Program-made: the position numbers and the translations under genes
Part shown: in pieces, positions 53,098 through 61,043 of the stretch
Position numbering within the stretch: the stretch's first letter is position 1
Layout: each line of letters begins with the position of its first letter
Source of the DNA: Gemmatimonadota bacterium
GTDB lineage: Bacteria > Gemmatimonadota > Gemmatimonadetes > Palauibacterales > Palauibacteraceae
Direction: 5' to 3'
Length of the DNA: 61,837 bases
NCBI GenBank assembly: GCA_020351855.1
Contig: CP070670.1
Coordinates: 1,592,767 to 1,654,603, forward strand
Notes under the pieces: generated by a model
What the model saw: only the letters and a program-made list of their open reading frames with translations
Told to the model about the DNA's origin: nothing
The model's database searches: none

Positions 53098-53958
53098 ATG
53101 AAGGGAGGCTCGGGCCTGCTGGCGATCGATCGTGTGGCGATCGGCTATCTGGCCCTCAGCGGTTCGCTCGCTCTGACTGGCGGCCTGCCCGGTCTGGCGC
53201 TCGCCTCCCTTCACGGAGCGGCGATCCTCCTGATCCTGCGCTTGGCCCGGAGACCCCTCCCATCGGGCCGGGTGGCCACGTTTGTCCGGCTGCTCTACCC
53301 GGTGATCGCGACGCCCCTCCTCTACCACGAGATCTCCATTCTCAACCGATTCATCTTTCCCGACTACTTCGACCCCATCGTGCAGGGCTGGGAGCTTGCC
53401 CTGTTCGGGTCGCAGCTGAGTCAGGAGCTCGCCGGCCGCCTCCCCGCGCTCTGGTTGTCCGAGTTCATGACACTCGGCTACCTGACCTACTACTTCCTCA
53501 TACCTCTGCTAGGGATCGCGGCCTGGCGCGCCGGGGGACGTGCCGGCTTCCATCGCTTCGCCGTCTCCGTGGCCCTCGCCTTCGTGGTCTGCTACGTCTG
53601 GTTCATCCTTTTCCCGGTGATGGGTCCGCGGTACTGGTACGGGGCCCTGGAGGGGGCGCTTTCGGAGGGCACCTTCAATCGTTTCGCCCGCGACCTCCTC
53701 GAGAGCGGCTCGTCGAAGGGCACCGCATTTCCGAGCTCCCACGTCGCCGCCACCTGCGCGGCCTGGGTCGCGGCGGCCCGCGAAGATTTGCGGCCGTTTT
53801 TTCTGGCCTCCGTGCCCGTGGCCACCCTCGCGATCGGCACGGTCTGGGGAGGATATCACTACGCTGTGGACGCTTCCGCCGGCATCCTCGTCGCCGCGGC
53901 CGTCCTTTCGGTCGCGCCTCGAGTGGCTGCCTCTGCGCCGGTGCCGCCCGACCTCTAA
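53098..53958 (+). CDS. PAP2-superfamily membrane protein, AUR1/inositol-phosphoceramide-synthase-like
   Basis: About 6-7 TM, FPVMGPR, AFPSSHVA, GGYHYAVD (His/His/Asp triad). Confidence 0.82.
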   Translation: MKGGSGLLAIDRVAIGYLALSGSLALTGGLPGLALASLHGAAILLILRLARRPLPSGRVATFVRLLYPVIATPLLYHEISILNRFIFPDYFDPIVQGWELALFGSQLSQELAGRLPALWLSEFMTLGYLTYYFLIPLLGIAAWRAGGRAGFHRFAVSVALAFVVCYVWFILFPVMGPRYWYGALEGALSEGTFNRFARDLLESGSSKGTAFPSSHVAATCAAWVAAAREDLRPFFLASVPVATLAIGTVWGGYHYAVDASAGILVAAAVLSVAPRVAASAPVPPDL

Positions 53959-54052
53959 CTTCTTCTTGTTGCTCGCTTCGCTCGGGGAGGCACGGGCGAG
54001 CCCGTTCCGCGGCGGGTCGATTCTCGCACGCTGACGTGCGGAGGTACCGACG

Positions 54053-54361
54053 ATGGAGTCACTGGAGATCCTCGCGCCGGCCATCATCACCGTCATCCTG
54101 ATCCTGACGGTGGGCGCCGTGGTCCTTCTCAGGCCCCTGTCGAAGCAGGGAGCGGCGCTGCTCGAACAGATGCTCAAGGACCGCAGGGAGGGCCGGGAAG
54201 GCCATCAGGTCGAGCATCTGACGGGCGCACTGGCGAACCTGTCGGACCGGGTGAGCCTGCTGGAGGAGAGGCTCACGTTTACGGAGTCGCTGATCGAGGC
54301 TCAACCAGGCGGGCGTGCCAGGATAGCGTCTGGCGCGGACGCGCCGCCGCCGGATGATTGA
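54053..54361 (+). CDS. Small single-TM coiled-coil protein (PspB-like architecture)
   Basis: GGAGG SD, one TM helix, then LSDRVSLLEERLTFTESL heptads. Confidence 0.7.
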   Translation: MESLEILAPAIITVILILTVGAVVLLRPLSKQGAALLEQMLKDRREGREGHQVEHLTGALANLSDRVSLLEERLTFTESLIEAQPGGRARIASGADAPPPDD

Positions 54362-54386
54362 GGGGCCCGGCATTCGCGCCGCACGG

Positions 54387-54412
54387 GCAACCCTAGCGGA
54401 CCGTCGTGCGTC
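54387..54412 (+). promoter_or_regulatory. Putative ECF-type autoregulatory promoter
   Basis: GCAACC, 16 nt, CGTC; 28 nt upstream of the ECF sigma start; fits the generic AAC/CGT ECF pattern. Confidence 0.5.
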
Positions 54413-54440
54413 GAAATAGCGGACTCAGAAAAGGACTCGG

Positions 54441-54995
54441 GTGGAAGAGCGGGCACTCGTAGACCGCGCCAAGGCCGGCGACCGCATCGCGATGGGTGAG
54501 TTGTACCAGGCACACGCGCGGCGCGTGTACGCCGTGGTCCGGCGGCTGGCGGGCGATGACGATCTGGCGGCGGACCTGTCGCAGGACGCGTGGGTGCGGG
54601 CGTTCGAGCGCCTGCACCTCTATCGCGGCGATGCGGCATTCGGGACGTGGATCCACCGCCTGGCGACGAACGTGGCTCTCAATCGGCTGCGGAGAAGGAC
54701 GAAGCGACCGGAAGTGGAGCGTGCGGCCCTCGGCATGCCGACGTACGAGAAACCGTCCGATGATGCGGTGATCAGCCGTCGAATGTTGAGCGAGGCGCTG
54801 GACAGGCTGCCGGAAGGATATCGACGGGTGCTGTTGCTGCACGATGTCGAGGGCTGGACGCACGAGGAGATTGGGGAGTCGCTCGGCATCGCCTCCGGGA
54901 CTTCCAAATCACAACTTCACAAGGCGAGGGCGCGGATGCAGCAGTTGATCGCGCCTGCACCCCTGGCCGAAGAAGCAGGAAACGGCTTGACATGA
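54441..54995 (+). CDS. ECF RNA polymerase sigma factor
   Basis: DLSQDAW, FGTWIHRLATN, LPEGYR, EGWTHEEI...GTSKSQLHKAR. Confidence 0.95.
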   Translation: MEERALVDRAKAGDRIAMGELYQAHARRVYAVVRRLAGDDDLAADLSQDAWVRAFERLHLYRGDAAFGTWIHRLATNVALNRLRRRTKRPEVERAALGMPTYEKPSDDAVISRRMLSEALDRLPEGYRRVLLLHDVEGWTHEEIGESLGIASGTSKSQLHKARARMQQLIAPAPLAEEAGNGLT

Positions 54996-55684
54996 GCGAG
55001 ATGAAGTCCGAACACCTGACGCTCGAGATGATCTCGTTGCTGCTCGAGGAGCCCGAGGCGCAGGCAGAGGCCGCGGCGCACGTTGCGGTTTGCGAGCTCT
55101 GCAGCAGCGAGCACGCGCGAATGCGTCGCATGCTGATGGCGCTGTCGGCGCTCGGAGAGATGGAGCCGCCGGCCGGCGAATGGGAGCGCATCGAGGCGAG
55201 CCTGCCGCGTCGGCGGGACGTTCTGGCGCTGCGTCCGGCGAGCCTGTTCACGGGCTGGCCCGCGCAGGCAGCCGCCGCCATGCTCGTGTTCGCGGGCGGA
55301 ATCGCAGCCGGCCTGATGATCATGGGCGGTCCCGCGGATGCGGACCGAGTGGCTGACAGGGGGTCGATCCCCACCATCGATGAGCCGGTGGCGAGCCGGC
55401 CCGTCACGACACCGGTCTCCGAGGAGTACTACCGGGCGGTGGCCGGACTCGAGCAGCTGAGAGCCCAGCCGCCTGGCTCCGGAGAGCTCCTGCAGAATCC
55501 GGCGGCAGCCGCCGAGCGGCTCGCGCGTCTCGACGCGCTCATCCTGGCGTCGCGTGAGGCGCTGGATGCATCCCCGACCGATCCGGCGGTGAACAATCTT
55601 CTGTTCGAGCTCGTGGAGGAGCGGGATGAGTTGGCGGCCGGTGTTGCGGGTGCCGTCCGCATGGCGGGACTGGAATACCGGTAG
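54992..55684 (+). CDS. Zinc-binding (ZAS) membrane anti-sigma factor
   Basis: ATGA overlap with the sigma gene; HVAVCELC (Hx3Cx2C), one TM helix, helical periplasmic domain. Confidence 0.85.
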   Translation: MSEMKSEHLTLEMISLLLEEPEAQAEAAAHVAVCELCSSEHARMRRMLMALSALGEMEPPAGEWERIEASLPRRRDVLALRPASLFTGWPAQAAAAMLVFAGGIAAGLMIMGGPADADRVADRGSIPTIDEPVASRPVTTPVSEEYYRAVAGLEQLRAQPPGSGELLQNPAAAAERLARLDALILASREALDASPTDPAVNNLLFELVEERDELAAGVAGAVRMAGLEYR

Positions 55685-55730
55685 GATCGGGTCAATCGAC
55701 GTGCGCCGGAGGGGTTGGACTAGAAGGAAG

Positions 55731-56945
55731 ATGATGACGTTTCGCCTGACCGTTCTTTCGATCGGCTGCGTCCTCGCGCTCGCGACGGCTGCGGGTCCGT
55801 CGGGGCCGAGAAGCCTGCTCGCCCAGCAGCCGTCGCCGGACGCTCCGCCTCCTCCACGCGCTGGCAGTCCGCAGGACGCGCCTTCCCGGCCCGAGGCGCC
55901 GAAGGCGTGGCTCGGGGTCGGCCTGGAGAAGCGACAGGAGTGTCGGGCGGACGCGCCCGGTGAATGCCGGGTGATCCTCGTGATCAGTTCCGTCGTCGTC
56001 GGCAGCCCGGCCGAGGCGGCGGGCGTCGAGGTGGGAGATCTTCTGGTGTCGCTCGATGCCGCCGCGCCGGGGACCAGCGAGTTTCAGACGGGGCTGGACG
56101 GCCTCGAGGTCGGTCGGGCCGTCGTGCTCGAGGTGAGGCGCGACGGACGCACCGTAGGCCTGGAGGTCATGCCGGCGCCGCGACCGCCCAAGCCGGTGCA
56201 GGTCAAAACGCGGCCGAGCGCGGTGTGGGCCTGGAAGACGCCCGAGGGCGAAGTCAAGATCCCGATCCACATCGAGCCCCGCGACTCGACCGGAGCAACG
56301 GTCTGGTCGTATGGAGACGAGGGCGAAGGGTACGTGATCGTCGTTCCGAGCGAGGACGGATGGCGGGTGCAGGTGCTGGGGGAGAATGCGGAAGGCGAGG
56401 GCCGCGAGGCGTTGCCCGGCCTGAGCATCGAGCTCCGAGACCTCGAACGACACCTGGAGGGCGTTGAAGAGGAGATGGCGCGCGCGGCGCGAGAGCAGGT
56501 GAGGTACTGGGGGCGCGTTAAGGCGGAGCTCGGGCCGGAGATGGCGGCGCTGCGTGACTCCGTTCTGGCGGAAGCCCGCGCCAAGCTTGCCGAGGTTCGG
56601 GAAGCCCGAAAAGCCTATCGAACCGAGGAGGCAAGGATCCGATACGAGAGGTCACCGCACCTCGTCGAGATCACGCGCCGGATCGCGGGAGCGGAATTCG
56701 AGCCACTCGGCACCGATCTCGAACATGACGGTCAAGAAAAGGGTTTGCTGGTGCTGCGCGTGATTCCCGGCACGCCGGCCTTCGACCTCGGCCTCCGGCG
56801 CGGCGATGTCGTGGTCGAGGTGGCAGGAGCCGAGTGCAGTTCCGTCTCGGACCTGCGGGCCGCCCTCGTCGATCCAGGCGGGGAGAGCGTGCAGGTGAAG
56901 TGGATCCGCAAGGGGGAAGTCATGACGGGGGCCCTCAACGACTGA
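55731..56945 (+). CDS. Exported tandem-PDZ protein without protease domain
   Basis: Signal peptide; PDZ1 WLGVG...GSPAEAAGVEVGD; coiled coil; PDZ2 GLLVLRV.PGTPA..LGLRRGDVV; no trypsin GxSGG motif. Confidence 0.8.
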   Translation: MMTFRLTVLSIGCVLALATAAGPSGPRSLLAQQPSPDAPPPPRAGSPQDAPSRPEAPKAWLGVGLEKRQECRADAPGECRVILVISSVVVGSPAEAAGVEVGDLLVSLDAAAPGTSEFQTGLDGLEVGRAVVLEVRRDGRTVGLEVMPAPRPPKPVQVKTRPSAVWAWKTPEGEVKIPIHIEPRDSTGATVWSYGDEGEGYVIVVPSEDGWRVQVLGENAEGEGREALPGLSIELRDLERHLEGVEEEMARAAREQVRYWGRVKAELGPEMAALRDSVLAEARAKLAEVREARKAYRTEEARIRYERSPHLVEITRRIAGAEFEPLGTDLEHDGQEKGLLVLRVIPGTPAFDLGLRRGDVVVEVAGAECSSVSDLRAALVDPGGESVQVKWIRKGEVMTGALND

Positions 56946-57089
56946 GGCCCGGCCGCCCCACAGGTCGGTTTCCCAGCCGACGCTCGGCCTCTCGTAGCTC
57001 GCCGCCACCCGTCCCACGCTGCTGCTGGGGCACGCTGCGAGCGCGACCATGCCCTGTCGCCTCCGTTTCGGTGACCTGATCTTGCCCTC

Positions 57090-58232
57090 ATGCAGGATGA
57101 CGCTGACCCACCCGGGGGCGAGCCGGAGGGTTTCCGGGTCCTGGCCGACGAACTGAAGCGCGAGTTCCGGAGCTGGATGTCGGATCCCGTCGTGTGGCCG
57201 GCCGAGCGCGTGGACGAACTGGCGCGTCGGACGTTCGCCTTGCAGGTCTCCGGCAACCGAGCCTACGGGAGCTACTGCCGCCGCCTCGGGGTGGCCCCAC
57301 CCGCCGTCCATGGCTGGCGCGACGTGCCGCCGGTTCCGACGGCGGCGTTCCGCGAGGTACCCCTCGTTGTCGGGGAGCCGCGCGATGCCGTGCTCGAGTT
57401 TCGCACGAGCGGCACGACGCGCGGTTCGCAGCGGCGCGGATATCACCTCGTGCGCGATCCCGAGCTGTACCGAGCCTCACTCACGGCGACCTTCTATCGC
57501 TTCGTCATCACCAAGGCGGCGGGCCGAGGTCGCCTGCCTATCGCATCGCTCGTGCCGCCGTTCGACCAGGCGCCGCACTCTTCGCTCTCCTGGATGGCCG
57601 ATGCCGTGGTCGAGCGGTTCGGGACCCGGAACTCGGAGTGTTTCGCAGCGGGAGCGGGGGTGGACTGGCCGGGTGCCGGGCGCTTCCTCGCCCGTGCCGA
57701 GGAACGCGGGAAGCCCGTGTGCCTGTTCGGGACGACGCTGGCGTTCGACGAGTGGACGCGGAGGTTGATGGAAACGGGACGGCGGTTTCGGCTGCCGGAC
57801 GGCTCCGTCGCAATGGACACGGGCGGTTCAAAGGGACGCGACTACCTGATCCGTGACGAGGTGGTGGCGCGGCTGCACTCCTGCCTGGGGCTGCCCCCCG
57901 GCAATGTCGTCAACGAGTTCGGGATGACGGAGCTTCTGTCCCAGCGATACGGCACCCCCGAGGCTTTGGTCGCCCCTCCCTGGCTGCGGACGCGGTCGCT
58001 GGACCCGGTGACTCTCGAGGAGCTGCCGGAAGGGGAGACGGGGATCCTGAACCACTTCGACCTGGCGAACGCGGGCAGCGTGTGCAGCGTGCTCACCGAG
58101 GATCTCGGCTCGGTGGCGGGCGGGAGGGTGCGATGGGAGGGCCGGGTGCCCGGCGCGCCCCCGCGGGGCTGCTCTCTGGCCACGGCGGACCTCCTGCGTT
58201 CGCAGACGGGGACGGTGGGGGAGGATCGATGA
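57090..58232 (+). CDS. LuxE-family acyl-protein synthetase
   Basis: FRTSGTT, MDTGGSKG, NEFGMTELLSQRY, PPWLR, DLAN..SV..VLTEDLG, C-terminal acylation motif PRGCS. Confidence 0.9.
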   Translation: MQDDADPPGGEPEGFRVLADELKREFRSWMSDPVVWPAERVDELARRTFALQVSGNRAYGSYCRRLGVAPPAVHGWRDVPPVPTAAFREVPLVVGEPRDAVLEFRTSGTTRGSQRRGYHLVRDPELYRASLTATFYRFVITKAAGRGRLPIASLVPPFDQAPHSSLSWMADAVVERFGTRNSECFAAGAGVDWPGAGRFLARAEERGKPVCLFGTTLAFDEWTRRLMETGRRFRLPDGSVAMDTGGSKGRDYLIRDEVVARLHSCLGLPPGNVVNEFGMTELLSQRYGTPEALVAPPWLRTRSLDPVTLEELPEGETGILNHFDLANAGSVCSVLTEDLGSVAGGRVRWEGRVPGAPPRGCSLATADLLRSQTGTVGEDR

Positions 58233-59650
58233 CAGAGGAGAACGCCGAGATCCGCGGCGGTCGTCGCTCCGTCTTCCACCTACCCGGGCTCGATCCCGGG
58301 CCCCGGATGAGTTCCGGGTGGTTCGAGGGGGCGACTCCGGCCGGCCTTCGTTTCCGCGCGCCCAACCTGACGAGCGAGGGCGCGTCGCGGGCAGCCGATC
58401 GGGTCTCGGAGGCGGCAGCGTTGGCTCAGCGGCACCGGACGCTCGCGCAGGTCGTCAGCGCCGCGGCCGAGGCTGCGGGGAGGCTTGTCGATCCCACCTC
58501 CTGCGCGGGAAGCGAAGCCCTCCAGGTACTGCGCGAGGAACTCGCCTGGCCGGAGTCCGTGGCTCGAGAAACGCTGCTCGGGATGGGCCGGATTTGGACC
58601 GAACAGGCCCTGTGGGAGGTGATCCGGTCGGAGCTTCCGGATCCCGCCGTGCTGGAGGGCTTCAGCCCCTCCAGCGAGTCGCGGGCGCGACGCGCTTCCG
58701 GACCCCGGCTTCTGCTGCAGGTCGTGTCCGCCAATGTGCCGGGCGTTGCGGTGACGGGAGTCATCCGGGCCCTGCTCTGTCGCTCGGGCGTCCTCGTCAA
58801 GCTGCCGGAGGACGGGCCCGGGCTGGTCGTGCTTTTCGCGCGATTGCTGGCCGAGGCGGATCCGGTGCTCGGAGACGCCGTTGCCGCCACCTGGTGGCCT
58901 TCAGCGCTCGAATGCCCGCTCTGGCAGACGTGGGTGGCCCGCGCCTCCCGAATCGTAGTGTACGGAGGAAAGGCCGCCGTAGAGGGCGTGCGCGGGCGTG
59001 CGCGGACCGATCAGGACGTCCTGGCATACGGACCGAAACTGGGCGTTGCCGTCGTGCTGCCGGATATGGATCTGGCGCCCGCAGCGCGGGGGCTGGCACG
59101 GGACATCTGCGCCTACGAGCAGCAGGGGTGCGTGTCCCCGCGCCTGATCTTCACCCTCGGCCCCCCGGCCGAGCTCGCCCAGGAGCTGGCGCCCGCCCTG
59201 TCCGGCGAAGTGGCACGTCTGGGGCTGCCGCCTCTTCGGCCCGAAGAGGCCGTGGCCATCCGATCGCTCCGCGCCGAAGTCGAGTTCCGAGGCTACGGCG
59301 GTAGCGCGAGCCGGGTCGTGGCGAGCGGGGAGGACCTCGCTTGGACGATACTGATCGACGACCCGCCCAGCCTCGAGAGCGTTTCCCTGCCACGCGTGGT
59401 GCGGCTGTCGCACATCGGCTCGGTTGAGGCGCTGCGCGAGTCCCTGCGGCCGCTGGAGGGCCGCATTCAGGTCCTCGGGTACGCCGGCGGCGGAGGGCAG
59501 CTCGCGCTCCTGGCCGAAGCGGCCGCAGCCCTGCGCGTGAGCCGGATCACGCCCGTGGGCCGAATGGCCTGGCCGCCGGCCGATTGGCGCCATGACGGTC
59601 GCTTCCAGCTGCTCCCCCTTCTCGACTGGACGGAGTGGGAAGTGGAGTGA
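58229..59650 (+). CDS. LuxC-family acyl-CoA/acyl-protein reductase
   Basis: ATGA overlap with luxE-like gene; SANVPG, VLVKLP, VVYGG..AV, AYGPKLG, DICAYEQQGCVSP (catalytic Cys), HDG. Confidence 0.9.
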   Translation: MTEENAEIRGGRRSVFHLPGLDPGPRMSSGWFEGATPAGLRFRAPNLTSEGASRAADRVSEAAALAQRHRTLAQVVSAAAEAAGRLVDPTSCAGSEALQVLREELAWPESVARETLLGMGRIWTEQALWEVIRSELPDPAVLEGFSPSSESRARRASGPRLLLQVVSANVPGVAVTGVIRALLCRSGVLVKLPEDGPGLVVLFARLLAEADPVLGDAVAATWWPSALECPLWQTWVARASRIVVYGGKAAVEGVRGRARTDQDVLAYGPKLGVAVVLPDMDLAPAARGLARDICAYEQQGCVSPRLIFTLGPPAELAQELAPALSGEVARLGLPPLRPEEAVAIRSLRAEVEFRGYGGSASRVVASGEDLAWTILIDDPPSLESVSLPRVVRLSHIGSVEALRESLRPLEGRIQVLGYAGGGGQLALLAEAAAALRVSRITPVGRMAWPPADWRHDGRFQLLPLLDWTEWEVE

Positions 59651-59677
59651 GGAGTGCGGACCGGGCGGCCGATTCGA

Positions 59678-59708
59678 TTGACAGGGGTCGTGGGCGCGAC
59701 GGTAGTTT
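59678..59708 (+). promoter_or_regulatory. Possible sigma70 promoter for the dehydrogenase-pyrF pair
   Basis: TTGACA, 19 nt, TAGTTT (spacer longer than optimal). Confidence 0.4.
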
Positions 59709-59738
59709 GAGGCAGGCGGTAGAGGACGGTCAGGGGCG

Positions 59739-61043
59739 ATGGCGAACAGAGGCAGAGTGCTCGAATCGGAAGCAGGCAGACGCGCTCACGTGCGTCAGCG
59801 TCGGCTGCGCGACGTGTGGAGACGGTACGCCCAGTATCTGGCCGCGCCTCCGGAGACGCTCGTGGAGTGGAACGACGCGAAGAGCGGTGCCCGCGGATGG
59901 CTCGCCCTCAACAGCCTGCGGGGCGGCGCCGCGGGCGGCGGTACCCGGATGCGGCCCGGCCTGGAACGTGACGAGGTCGTCTACCTCGCGAAGATCATGG
60001 AGTTGAAGTTCGCCTTTTCCGGTCCGCCCATCGGAGGGGCGAAGTCGGGCATCTGCTTCGACCCGAGCGACCCCCGGAAGGAGGAAGTCCTGGGACGGTG
60101 GTTCACGGCCATCAACCCGTTTCTCAGATCCGTCTACGGGACCGCCGGCGACCTCAACGTCGATGAAGGCAAGGAGGTGCTGCCGATCTGCGGGCGACTC
60201 GGGCTTGCCCACCCGCAGGAGGGAGCGTTGCGCGGACACTATCGGCTCCAAGGGGAGCCGCTCGCGCGGCGGCTCCGGGCCATGACCACCGGAATCGAGC
60301 AGAAGACCGGTCGGTCCTTCTCTCCGTCCGGCTGGGACGGCAGCGTGTCCGATCTCGTCACCGGCTACGGAGTCGCCGCCGCGGCGAAGCGGCTGCTCGC
60401 CCTGCAGGGGCGGAGCGTCGAGGGCGTCCGCGTTCTGCTGGAAGGTTTCGGGTGTGTCGGTGGCGGGGCGGCCCACTTCCTCGCGGAGGCGGGGGCCCGC
60501 ATCGTCGGCATCGTGGACGTCCAGAACGGTCTGGTGAGCCCGGAAGGGTTGGACGCAGAGGGGGTCGCGGAGTTGCTGGCCCGGCGCAGCCGCAACGAGC
60601 TTCCGGTCACATCGCGGGAACAAGGACAGAGGGACAGGGCGGCGTTCCGCGAGGTGCCGGCCGACCTGTTCGTCACGGCCGCGGCATCCGGCACGCTGAC
60701 GGCCGATGCTCTCGATCAGATGGAGGCGCAAGGAGTACGTGCCATCGTCTGCGGCTCCAACCTGCCGTTCGCTTCGGTGTCTCCAGAAGACACCGCTCTG
60801 CAGGCGGATGCCGACACCCGCTTCGCCATCGTCGCGGACTTCATCGCGAACCTCGGCGCGGCTCATGCCTTCGCGTTCCAGATGGCACGGGATGACGCGG
60901 CCTCGGTCAGCGAGTTCTTCGGTTCGGTCGCGGCCACCGTGGAGGGTGCGCTGGACGAGGCGGCCGAGCGAGCCGGTTCCCCGGAGCACCGCCTTCTCGC
61001 CGCTGCCCTGGACATGGCGCTGGAGAGGATCGCCGAGGAGTGA
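59739..61043 (+). CDS. Glu/Leu/Phe/Val dehydrogenase family protein
   Basis: GGAAGGGTRM, MELKF, GGAKSGI, GDLNV, TGYGV, EGFGCVGG, IVADFIANLG. Confidence 0.88.
   Translation: MANRGRVLESEAGRRAHVRQRRLRDVWRRYAQYLAAPPETLVEWNDAKSGARGWLALNSLRGGAAGGGTRMRPGLERDEVVYLAKIMELKFAFSGPPIGGAKSGICFDPSDPRKEEVLGRWFTAINPFLRSVYGTAGDLNVDEGKEVLPICGRLGLAHPQEGALRGHYRLQGEPLARRLRAMTTGIEQKTGRSFSPSGWDGSVSDLVTGYGVAAAAKRLLALQGRSVEGVRVLLEGFGCVGGGAAHFLAEAGARIVGIVDVQNGLVSPEGLDAEGVAELLARRSRNELPVTSREQGQRDRAAFREVPADLFVTAAASGTLTADALDQMEAQGVRAIVCGSNLPFASVSPEDTALQADADTRFAIVADFIANLGAAHAFAFQMARDDAASVSEFFGSVAATVEGALDEAAERAGSPEHRLLAAALDMALERIAEE

Noticed and set aside
57090-59650. Bioluminescence (lux) operon
   Set aside because: Only luxE- and luxC-like genes are present; no luciferase, luxD or luxG in the window.
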